Source: a virus
Taxonomy: Duplodnaviria > Caudoviricetes
Virus record (IMG/VR): IMGVR_UViG_3300020042_006956
Location: 1 to 48,033 of that record
DNA length: 48,033 nucleotides
Direction: 5' to 3' (one strand)
This document shows positions 8,771 to 17,361 of this stretch, in pieces (the first letter of the stretch is position 1; each line of letters begins with the position of its first letter). The notes beneath the pieces were generated by a model, which saw nothing but the letters and a program-made list of their open reading frames with translations, was not told the DNA's origin and ran no database searches. Position numbers and translations under genes: made by a program.

Positions 8771-9602
8771 CGTATTTTTCCTCAAGTATCTTACGCCATT
8801 CTGGCACTCTATCATATTGATGCACAATCACATACTCTTTACCTTCAGAGGTTACTACCTTATCACCTTCAAGCTTTGGTGATGGTTCCAAGAGAAAAGG
8901 CCTAAACGATTCAACTTTACTTGGATCAGCAGTTGTTCCTAGTTGACAAGCCCAACCATCTTCTGATTTCATATACTTACTTGATTTCAAATATGGATGA
9001 CGAGAGATCAACACATTGAATGTTGATTGATCTGTAATTGGAATAGGACGACTTAATGATGCCGAAAAGATATTCATTGCTAGATCACGCATAGCAAATC
9101 CACGACCAGCCAGTACACCAACATTAAAGATAGTATTATTTTTGAATTCTTCATAGATCATAGGACCATAGGTTTCTTGTAAGTTTTGTTTACCCCATGG
9201 TTCATCTTTATATTTGATACTTTCAGATGAGAATACCAAATCTTCACTTTCTGGAAGATATTGTTCAAGCCATTCGGAAGGATTCTGTTGAAAAACTACA
9301 TCTTTAACATCTGTAGTGATTACATAACGATAGTCTTTTTGTTTGAGTAAATTGTAGATATGAATGAAACGTTCTACGTGAACCATCATTGGTGAATCAT
9401 ATACTAGATTACCGTTGGCATCTTGATTGAATGCTATGACATTGAAACCGTTCTCACCGACTTTTTTCATAGTCTGTGCATCACAGTTCATTAGAATTAA
9501 ATACTTGTCACCTGTAAATGATGTACGATTAATAGAATTAATCCAGTACTTTAACTTCGACCAATCATAATTAGTCGAACAACCTATCAACAAATCCTTC
9601 AT
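8760..9602 (-). CDS. Putative GT-A glycosyltransferase
   Basis: VITTDVKDVVFQQNP (DxxD), FNVGVLAG, DQSTFN, IVHQYDR. Confidence 0.65.
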   Translation of the reverse strand: MKDLLIGCSTNYDWSKLKYWINSINRTSFTGDKYLILMNCDAQTMKKVGENGFNVIAFNQDANGNLVYDSPMMVHVERFIHIYNLLKQKDYRYVITTDVKDVVFQQNPSEWLEQYLPESEDLVFSSESIKYKDEPWGKQNLQETYGPMIYEEFKNNTIFNVGVLAGRGFAMRDLAMNIFSASLSRPIPITDQSTFNVLISRHPYLKSSKYMKSEDGWACQLGTTADPSKVESFRPFLLEPSPKLEGDKVVTSEGKEYVIVHQYDRVPEWRKILEEKYDDK

Positions 9603-9613
9603 AATATCTCCAC

Positions 9614-10348
9614 TTATTTTACATATTTTTTAAATGTCTTTAAACTCTGTCCAGGAGTGTCTTTTATATAGTTAGATACAAGTTCTGGTCTACCCCATTC
9701 ACCCGCACCAGCTTTTGATACGAATTCTTGTTCTTCTTTAATAGTCGTTATCGAACCATTCTCATGTGCTAGATATGCAGAAAAAGTTACATTCGGATAT
9801 TCTTTCTTTAAAGCAATGAAAGCTGTTAAATTACTCATAGCATCATCAAACAAACGAACACGACTAAACTTTCCTTGATCAAGATATCTACGAATGATCC
9901 TCATCTTGTTTTCTGCACTAGGATTATTACCTAGATTGCCTGCACGTTCAACATAAACATTATCAATGTCAACACCATATTTGCGGAAAGTATCTAAAAA
10001 TAATTTCTTATTATCAAAGTCAGCACGTGCAGTAATAATTATAACACGACTATTAGGTTTATTCATCACATTTTTAAGGATAGCTTTAAATTTTGCCATC
10101 ATGCGTGGAATAACTTTAGATTCTTTATTAAACTTCTCGGCAGATTTAAATTGACCAAAATCAAATTCTTCACCGGCTTTTAACTTATATGTATTATATT
10201 CTTGATTACTCAGTTCTTTAACTGTCTTACCGTTCTTTGTTACTGAAATTTTGGCAGTAGTTTGAAATAAGGTTTCATCGATATCAAAGATGGTTAGACC
10301 ACCACCTTCGTCTTTACTTTCAGTTAAAAAGTTTTGAAAATTTTGCAT
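9614..10348 (-). CDS. HAD-superfamily phosphatase (PNKP 3'-phosphatase-like)
   Basis: IFDIDETL motif I, IITAR motif II, K, LFDD motif IV; start moved to MQNFQNFLTE. Confidence 0.75.
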   Translation of the reverse strand: MQNFQNFLTESKDEGGGLTIFDIDETLFQTTAKISVTKNGKTVKELSNQEYNTYKLKAGEEFDFGQFKSAEKFNKESKVIPRMMAKFKAILKNVMNKPNSRVIIITARADFDNKKLFLDTFRKYGVDIDNVYVERAGNLGNNPSAENKMRIIRRYLDQGKFSRVRLFDDAMSNLTAFIALKKEYPNVTFSAYLAHENGSITTIKEEQEFVSKAGAGEWGRPELVSNYIKDTPGQSLKTFKKYVK

Positions 10349-10349
10349 A

Positions 10350-10625
10350 TTAACCACGTGTTAAGTTGAGAATTTTTTGTATCTGAGTTTCAACTAATTG
10401 CTTACGACCAGGCCAGTAGATATATTCTTTGTCAGCAGTTTTTAATAATTTAGTAAAGAACGGCAATACTAATTTTTCCACTTCTGCCAATCGTGCTTTA
10501 TATTCTTCAGCAGTATCGGCAGTTTCTGTAATTACTTTATTATAATCCGCTTCAGATACAGCAGAGAATCCAAAATCATCTTCACCATACTCTGCTAAAA
10601 TTTTTGTTAGATCAAATTTTTCCAT
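10350..10625 (-). CDS. Hypothetical protein
   Basis: Tightly packed ORF overlapping the upstream stop; DFGFSAV and YIYWPGR motifs. Confidence 0.6.
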   Translation of the reverse strand: MEKFDLTKILAEYGEDDFGFSAVSEADYNKVITETADTAEEYKARLAEVEKLVLPFFTKLLKTADKEYIYWPGRKQLVETQIQKILNLTRG

Positions 10626-11851
10626 TAGCTACTCCAATTTTTTGCAGCATTAAAGTTTGTTTGACTGAATTCTAATCGATCAACCAATTTAAGTGCATTA
10701 CCTTTTATCTTATCTACTGCAACAAATCCTTCGGGTGCAGTAATTCTGAAACCATTTTCAGTTCTAACGAATGTGCCAATTGAACGAATAGTTTCCAATT
10801 TACGAATAATCATCAACTTTGCTTTGACAATTAAATTCATTAAATCGAATAACTTTTTTAAATCAGCAGCATTAGTACGATAGAAACGCATTAATTCACT
10901 TTTCTCTTTAATGCGTTTTTCTTTTGTGTCAAGCTTCTTTGCTGCCAAAATTTCTTTGTTTAGTTTATCCTCAACATATTTTATTAGTTCTAATGTATGT
11001 GCTTTCGTATCTCTAATCTCTTGACCAGCACGAACTTTTGTGTTGTTGAATGTTTTTATTTGGCTTAAATATGTATCATTAGCAGCTATACGGTTCATTA
11101 ATAACGCAGGAATGCTAGTAAACAATCTACCAGCTTCAGATAATATTTCAGTTAATTGTTTTGTTTCTTGTTCAGTGAAAGTGGCAGAGCCAGAAGCATC
11201 AGTAAAAGATGCATCACGAAACCAAACATCTTTTGTTGTAGTTAGATGACCAATATCGATATTGAATGATGCTTTCATATCTTCAATTGTTTTGCCAGTA
11301 TATGAAGTATGAAACACTACACCAAGTTGTGCAGCTTGCATCATCTTTGCTAATTTAGAATCTGCAGGAACAGCATACACAATTGTGTTTGGTTGAAATA
11401 TAACATAATTTTCACCATCAATGTTTTCGACTTTTAAATCATTTTTAGTGAACATCATATCACCTTGCAGTATACCTTTGATGTTTAACTTTGCAAGATA
11501 CGCAAGTGCAAGTTTTAACTTATCATTCAGTCCTTCACCGGGATGATTTTCATCAATGTCCTTATCTGTATAATTTAATTTTGCATTCTTATTGAACACC
11601 GATTTTGTTCCAACAAAGAATTTACCATTCTCTGGATTAATACCCGCAAAAATGGCAGGCGATCCATCCCATTTTGTCGTAACGTTTACTTTGCTGCCAG
11701 CATGTCCTGCCAACATATCTCGAAGTGAACGCAGAAAGTTAATCGATTCACGTGCGCCATTGACACCACCATTCAAAACATTATCTTCCAAATGTTCTAG
11801 ATGAACGTTCTTGCCTTCTTTTCCTTCTGTTAAAAATTCTGAGAAATTCAT
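10625..11851 (-). CDS. DUF6267-like protein with ATP-dependent ligase-like motifs
   Basis: HLEHLED N-terminus; TTKWDGS (KxDG), LQGD, PEGFV, LKLV. Confidence 0.6.
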   Translation of the reverse strand: MNFSEFLTEGKEGKNVHLEHLEDNVLNGGVNGARESINFLRSLRDMLAGHAGSKVNVTTKWDGSPAIFAGINPENGKFFVGTKSVFNKNAKLNYTDKDIDENHPGEGLNDKLKLALAYLAKLNIKGILQGDMMFTKNDLKVENIDGENYVIFQPNTIVYAVPADSKLAKMMQAAQLGVVFHTSYTGKTIEDMKASFNIDIGHLTTTKDVWFRDASFTDASGSATFTEQETKQLTEILSEAGRLFTSIPALLMNRIAANDTYLSQIKTFNNTKVRAGQEIRDTKAHTLELIKYVEDKLNKEILAAKKLDTKEKRIKEKSELMRFYRTNAADLKKLFDLMNLIVKAKLMIIRKLETIRSIGTFVRTENGFRITAPEGFVAVDKIKGNALKLVDRLEFSQTNFNAAKNWSS

Positions 11852-11879
11852 TTTGTCATATTGATAAGAGGTTATATTT

Positions 11880-12677
11880 CTATAGATTTCCTAAATCTTT
11901 TGCACTGACATTACCAAAAAGTTTCAAAAAATCCCCAGGCTTATCTAATGAATAAGGAGATTGTATTTTTGTTTTACTATCAAGTCTTCCTTGTGCTCTA
12001 ATATTTCCACTAGCAACATCAACACCTAATGTTTTGTCCATCTTAGAGCCTGCTCTACCTAAGCGCAATTCAATAGCCATAGCAATTTTTAGTTGTGGTA
12101 TAGGAAGATTTAGTGGATTTTTTTTGAGATAAAAAAGACCCGCTCCACCTATCTGAATATAATAGCACTTCTTTTTATTATAGTGATCGTGTAGAAATGC
12201 ATATGGAACTTGCATCTTAGCATTTAATGGAACAAGAAATTTTTCTCTCGTTAATTCTTCCCACATGGTTTTAGTTGCTTTAAGAGGCAAACCTTTTACA
12301 CCTTCAGTCAACAACTTAGCATCATTTTTCTTAACATAATTTAAAAGTTTATCTAAGTCTTTTTGTTTATCACTTAATACTTCTTTCAATTTTGCATCAA
12401 TTGCGGGATCAATAACTGTTTTAGCAGATAAGCTATACTTTTTTGTTTTTATGTCATAGTTATATGAACCACCGCCCATTTGTGCTTTATTATCTTGTTT
12501 AATTTCAATGTTTATCTGATACCCATCCATCAGCAAAACCAAATCTGGTTCAGTGGCAGCAAAAGCCGCAGTTGATGATCCTTCTTTCAGCTTTATGCTT
12601 TTCATTTTTTTAATTTGAGGTTTGATTGTTCTGAGAACTTCATTCTCATATTCAACACCTCCAGAGCCCACTGACAT
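11880..12677 (-). CDS. Putative PD-(D/E)XK nuclease (restriction-endonuclease-like)
   Basis: GVEYENEV helix followed by EPDLVL...NIEIK; basic protein. Confidence 0.55.
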   Translation of the reverse strand: MSVGSGGVEYENEVLRTIKPQIKKMKSIKLKEGSSTAAFAATEPDLVLLMDGYQINIEIKQDNKAQMGGGSYNYDIKTKKYSLSAKTVIDPAIDAKLKEVLSDKQKDLDKLLNYVKKNDAKLLTEGVKGLPLKATKTMWEELTREKFLVPLNAKMQVPYAFLHDHYNKKKCYYIQIGGAGLFYLKKNPLNLPIPQLKIAMAIELRLGRAGSKMDKTLGVDVASGNIRAQGRLDSKTKIQSPYSLDKPGDFLKLFGNVSAKDLGNL

Positions 12678-12698
12678 ACAGATATCCTTCTAAACTTG

Positions 12699-12706
12699 TA
12701 TTTATG
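12699..12706 (-). promoter_or_regulatory. Putative late promoter (CATAAATA)
   Basis: 7/8 match to T4 TATAAATA in the intergenic gap upstream of AAGGA and the ATG at 12677. Confidence 0.6.
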
Positions 12707-12710
12707 CTTT

Positions 12711-13271
12711 CTAAGTATAATGTAAGTAGCCACCAATAATATACTTTGGACCACTGATTGGAGGCAGTGCTACGTGAGGATGCGTCCACATCGGTGGAAA
12801 CATAAGCAAACGCCCAGTTTGAGGCTGCACTTTCACTTCAATTTCATGTTGACGATTCAACTGAAAACATGTTTCCCCACCTTCTTCGACAGTATTTAAG
12901 TACCAAAAATAGACTAAAAATCTACGTGCGGATGCATAATCTTGCACATCAACATGAAACTTAAATTCATCTTCCGTTCCTGGCAGATATCGTTTTATGC
13001 GGAATTGCTCATATCCCAATTGTGTGGGCCAAGATAGATCATCAATACCAAAATCTTCTTTATATTTTCCGAGCTGTTCTTGCATGACATCAAGTAATTT
13101 GTGCATCACTTGACTCCAATTAACATGCTTATTAATATTAATTTCAGTAAAAGAACGATGATCCTTCAAATAAGTTTTTTCTTGTTGAAGAGGATTATTC
13201 TCAAACTTTTCGATTATTTCCTGACAAAATCTTGCAGGTAAAACATTGTCGTAATATTTAATATAACTCAT
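12711..13271 (-). CDS. 2OG-Fe(II) oxygenase (prolyl-4-hydroxylase-like)
   Basis: FHVD (HxD), YLNTVEEGGET, LMFPP.WTHPH, KYI. Confidence 0.85.
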   Translation of the reverse strand: MSYIKYYDNVLPARFCQEIIEKFENNPLQQEKTYLKDHRSFTEININKHVNWSQVMHKLLDVMQEQLGKYKEDFGIDDLSWPTQLGYEQFRIKRYLPGTEDEFKFHVDVQDYASARRFLVYFWYLNTVEEGGETCFQLNRQHEIEVKVQPQTGRLLMFPPMWTHPHVALPPISGPKYIIGGYLHYT

Positions 13272-14674
13272 ACTTTAAATCCTTGAAATTTATTTTGAAA
13301 TTTGGATTGTCTCTCACGATTACCAAATGTATTTAATGGCTTATCATCTACTTGTCCAGCATCAACTAAATCATCTTGTGCAGATTGTTCAACATCATAC
13401 AACTTCATCTTAGCCCGGTCAATACCGACAACGAATCTCTTGTAATTATTTGGATCACCATACCGATTCTTCAACTGCTTGACCATAATCTGATTTAACT
13501 GTTCTAATTCTTCAGTAGAGATCAGAGCAAACATAAAGTCAGCAGTTGCAGGTAAACCAAACGATTCTGATGTATCTTCAAGACCGGGATCGGAACTAGT
13601 ATAACCAGATCGAGTTGTTTGTGTAGCAGATACGACAGGCAAATTAAACTCAACAGCTAGACCACGAAGTTCTTCTGCAATAGCTTTTATATAACTATAT
13701 GAATTAACATTTGCTCCAGGTTTAATACGTGCAGAAGAACAGATATTCAAATAATCAATAAAGATTATATCAGGAATAAAATTCTTTTTCAACTGCAATT
13801 CATTAAGTAACGCACGAAAATGCAATGTAGAAGCCGATGCAGTTGGATACTCTTTGATAATCAATTTACCTTGTGTCTTTGATCGTAAAGCTTCAAACTT
13901 TCGTTCATAGTCTTTCTTACCAATCATTTGCAAATCATTCATATCTAGATTCAAAAGATTTGCATCGATACGTTCAGCAATACGTTCTTCAGCCATCTCC
14001 ATCGTAATATAAAGAACATTCTTACCTTCAGACAAACAACCTGCTGCAACGTGACACATGAATAATGATTTACCAACGCCAGTACCAGCCAAACATATAT
14101 TCAACGTTTTAGTTGGTAGACCACCTTTAGTTATCTTATTGAATAGATCAAGATCAAATTTTACACGTGATTCTTGTTTATGATAGAAATCATATCGAGC
14201 ATCATAATCGTTTATGTAATCATGGCCAACGGCAGTATCGAATGACACCCCGAGAGCATCACTCAATAGTTTGGGTATCGAACCTTTTGATTGTGATTCT
14301 TTCTTGTTATCTAGAATCTGTACGGATTCCATAATAGCATTGTAGATTGCTTTGTCTTGACAAAACTTTTCAGTTTGAACTAAAAGCCAAGCTTGATCAG
14401 TGGGTTCATCTTTGATAGAATTAATTTTACGAATCATTTCAACTGCATCACGAACTTCAGATTCGGTACGATTTTTTGATTCTGTAAAATTAATTACAAG
14501 TGCTTCATAGGTAGGAAGATTTTTGTATTCATTAATAAAAGTTGCAACTTCGTCAAAAACAACTCTTTCAGTTTTATCTGAAAAATATTCTGATTTGATA
14601 AATGGTATAGTTTTACGAGCAAACTCATCATTATATATCAAGTTCTTCAGAATCGTTTCTTCCAGTCTTTTCAT
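13268..14674 (-). CDS. 41: T4-like replicative DNA helicase gp41
   Basis: AGTGVGKS Walker A, YITMEMAE, IFIDYLNI, SATQTTR, QLKNRY. Confidence 0.95.
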   Translation of the reverse strand: MKRLEETILKNLIYNDEFARKTIPFIKSEYFSDKTERVVFDEVATFINEYKNLPTYEALVINFTESKNRTESEVRDAVEMIRKINSIKDEPTDQAWLLVQTEKFCQDKAIYNAIMESVQILDNKKESQSKGSIPKLLSDALGVSFDTAVGHDYINDYDARYDFYHKQESRVKFDLDLFNKITKGGLPTKTLNICLAGTGVGKSLFMCHVAAGCLSEGKNVLYITMEMAEERIAERIDANLLNLDMNDLQMIGKKDYERKFEALRSKTQGKLIIKEYPTASASTLHFRALLNELQLKKNFIPDIIFIDYLNICSSARIKPGANVNSYSYIKAIAEELRGLAVEFNLPVVSATQTTRSGYTSSDPGLEDTSESFGLPATADFMFALISTEELEQLNQIMVKQLKNRYGDPNNYKRFVVGIDRAKMKLYDVEQSAQDDLVDAGQVDDKPLNTFGNRERQSKFQNKFQGFKV

Positions 14675-14939
14675 AATTTACTTTTGCAGTTAAAATTTCT
14701 GTTAATATCTCACCCATAATTGTATGAAAATCTGGGTCACTTGTCAAGCTTTCTACATCATGTTCCTGAGCATCAATGATAGAAAAGCCAAATTGCAATC
14801 TAGCAACTTCACCTTCTTCGTGTATTTTAGCTTTGTGATAGTGATATAAAACTCCTTTGTAGAAGCCAGTCAGAAGTCTTATACCATCAATAGTACCATC
14901 TGGTGATGGTTCAAGTTTGTAATCTACATTAAGTTTCAT
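14631..14939 (-). CDS. Hypothetical protein at the T4 gp40 position
   Basis: Lies between uvsX and gp41; likely start MKLNVDY at 14939 overlapping the uvsX stop. Functional link to gp40 is positional only. Confidence 0.5.
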   Translation of the reverse strand: MKLNVDYKLEPSPDGTIDGIRLLTGFYKGVLYHYHKAKIHEEGEVARLQFGFSIIDAQEHDVESLTSDPDFHTIMGEILTEILTAKVNYEKTGRNDSEELDI

Positions 14940-15993
14940 CTGCGGTTTCTTCTTCCAGAACTGCATTTTCTCCCATAATGTTTCCATAAGTAATCTCATA
15001 TTTCTTCCTTACAAATTCTTTAAACTCTTCACTTGATAAAATATTTTTCCAGAACTCTTCTGTTTGCGTTGCAGGAAAACGAACTTTGGCAGATTCGATT
15101 TCGCCTGTCGAACGATCAATCTTTGAATACCAACCAGGAGATGGTTTAGCAACAAACTTACCTTCGATTGCAATGTCAAGTAGACCTGAATATTTTTGAA
15201 TGCCGCCTTCAAATGCAACAGAGATAGGTATCTTTGATTTTTCTTTAACGTAGCGTGATTTCTCAACATTAATAATAAAATTATAACCAGTTAATTCTGT
15301 TCCATCTTTTTCTTGTTGACGGCCAATGATGAAAATATTATCAGCAGAGTAATAAGAACCTGTACCGCCACCAACAACATCTTTAGCATACAATTCCATA
15401 GTTTTGTATGTGTGATTAACAACAATCATTGGAATATCTTTAAGTGACAAGTGAGGAGTAACCATACGGAATAAACTCTTAACTTGTTTTGCACGTGACA
15501 TATCAGCTACAGATTTACCTTCAAGTGCATCTTCAACTTCTTTTTTTGAAGCCAAGTTACCAATCGAATCTAATACAATGATCAACTTATCATTACGTTC
15601 GATACCTTGAAGTTGTTGCATGATATCGAATTTTAATTGTTCAATATCAGTCAACGGAGTATGAATAACACGTTCCATATCAATTTCAAAAGTTTCAAAG
15701 TATTTGATTGGGGTGCCAAACTCAGAATCATAGAAAAGCATAACTGAGTCTGGATATTTGTCCATGTAAGACTTTGCCATTAGCAAAGAGAATGCCGTTT
15801 TAAAATGTTTAGAAGGACCAGCCCACATTGTTAAACCTGGTGTAAGCCCACCGTCCAATTTGCCAGATAGTGCCACATTAATCATAGGCACGCCAGTGGT
15901 AATCATATCTTTCTGATTGAAGAACTTCGACTTAGATAGTATCGAGCTATCTTTAATAGTAGAATTCTTTTTTATTTTATCTAGTAAACTCAT
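14929..15993 (-). CDS. uvsX: RecA-like recombinase UvsX
   Basis: AGPSKHFKT, FYDSEFG, DSIGNLASKKE, VVGGGTG, EKSRYVKEKSK. Confidence 0.95.
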   Translation of the reverse strand: MSLLDKIKKNSTIKDSSILSKSKFFNQKDMITTGVPMINVALSGKLDGGLTPGLTMWAGPSKHFKTAFSLLMAKSYMDKYPDSVMLFYDSEFGTPIKYFETFEIDMERVIHTPLTDIEQLKFDIMQQLQGIERNDKLIIVLDSIGNLASKKEVEDALEGKSVADMSRAKQVKSLFRMVTPHLSLKDIPMIVVNHTYKTMELYAKDVVGGGTGSYYSADNIFIIGRQQEKDGTELTGYNFIINVEKSRYVKEKSKIPISVAFEGGIQKYSGLLDIAIEGKFVAKPSPGWYSKIDRSTGEIESAKVRFPATQTEEFWKNILSSEEFKEFVRKKYEITYGNIMGENAVLEEETADET

Positions 15994-16814
15994 TAAAACG
16001 AACCTCCGTCAAGTGTGGTAATTTTTGATTTGTGTATTACTTTATGCCCATCTTCTACAAACGATTCTAAACTAGGACTGGGTGGTGTGTCAATCTTTTT
16101 CTTCCTGTTTACCTTTTTAATCTCAACAGGATTATCTCTTGCTTGTTTATATCGTATAAACGTTTGGTTAGCTGCAATCAACAGAAGTATTGCTAAAGGA
16201 TCAAATACAATGATGATTGTGAATATTACGACTCTTACTGCTTTATCTATGAATCCTGTGTCACTTTTTTCATATAACAATTCGGCTATGTAACGAATAG
16301 GACCAACTTCTGCCATTAGCTTGTTTTCAGTTTTCATTAAAGGTAATTTTTGTTGACTAATTACTTTTAATTCTGCTTGAACGTCTTGAATTTGTTTATC
16401 GATCTTCTTTGATGCAGCTTCAGGATCACCAGCACGTTTGAGTAGGTATTCTAATCGATCTTTAGCAATAGTTTCTTGTTGATTCAATGCTTGAAGTTGC
16501 ACTGAATTGTCACCGACTTCAACACTACTTTCAATATGTGCTCTTGAAAGATAACCGAAAATACCCATAGAGGTAATTGTCATCAATATAAAAATTGCTA
16601 ATAAAAAATAGTAACGCATAAAATGCACAGTATGATCCCAATTGTTATAGAGCCAAGATACTGTTACTAATTTACTTGCTTCTAATATTGTACCCATGAT
16701 GATAATAGGCCAATAAGAGCCTGGAAATATCTGAGCAAGACCTACAACAGAATAGTATGCAGCCATTGCTGACAATGCAATAGCTGTTAAAAAAGGTAAA
16801 ATGAAGTTTAACAT
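15993..16814 (-). CDS. Membrane protein with several TM helices and a coiled coil
   Basis: Three N-terminal hydrophobic segments, coiled-coil middle, C-terminal TM segment (IIIVFDPLAILLLIAA); start moved to MLNFILPF. Confidence 0.6.
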   Translation of the reverse strand: MLNFILPFLTAIALSAMAAYYSVVGLAQIFPGSYWPIIIMGTILEASKLVTVSWLYNNWDHTVHFMRYYFLLAIFILMTITSMGIFGYLSRAHIESSVEVGDNSVQLQALNQQETIAKDRLEYLLKRAGDPEAASKKIDKQIQDVQAELKVISQQKLPLMKTENKLMAEVGPIRYIAELLYEKSDTGFIDKAVRVVIFTIIIVFDPLAILLLIAANQTFIRYKQARDNPVEIKKVNRKKKIDTPPSPSLESFVEDGHKVIHKSKITTLDGGSF

Positions 16815-16815
16815 A

Positions 16816-17361
16816 TTAGGGATTATTCTTTGAGTGTGGAACATCAAAAACTAATGTAATGCGTTCATTGTCTCCGACATTCTCTGCTTCGTGATTAAGT
16901 TTGTTAGCAAACCAAAATAAAGTTCCTGGTTCAATAATTGCAGTTTCATCTCCAACAGTATAACGATATCGTCCTTGAATTGAAAGGTGGTAACGATCTT
17001 TAGTAAGATAATATTTACCAAAGTCAATATGACTTCCCACTTTACCACCGGGAGGTAAAGAAAGAAATCCACAACGTTTAAAATCTTTAAAATGTCGCTT
17101 CAAAAATTTTATAGCTTCTGTGTGACGATGATATGCAGGTGCTGCCATACAACCTTCACTATCAAATACATATTCGTCAGGTGTGCTTATCGTTCCTATA
17201 ACTAGTTGCAATACACCACTCTGACTAAGATAAACTTTATCGTCAAGAACTGATGCATTTTCAAGATTCTTTTGATAGTTCCAATCTTCGGGGTACTGCT
17301 GCAACTGTTTCAGAATTTTATTTACATTAATACCAGTTTTAATTATGCGTATGTTTTTCAT
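16816..17361 (-). CDS. Aspartyl/asparaginyl beta-hydroxylase-like 2OG-Fe(II) oxygenase
   Basis: SHIDFG, RYHL, EPGTLFWF, HEAEN, RITLVFD. Confidence 0.8.
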   Translation of the reverse strand: MKNIRIIKTGINVNKILKQLQQYPEDWNYQKNLENASVLDDKVYLSQSGVLQLVIGTISTPDEYVFDSEGCMAAPAYHRHTEAIKFLKRHFKDFKRCGFLSLPPGGKVGSHIDFGKYYLTKDRYHLSIQGRYRYTVGDETAIIEPGTLFWFANKLNHEAENVGDNERITLVFDVPHSKNNP

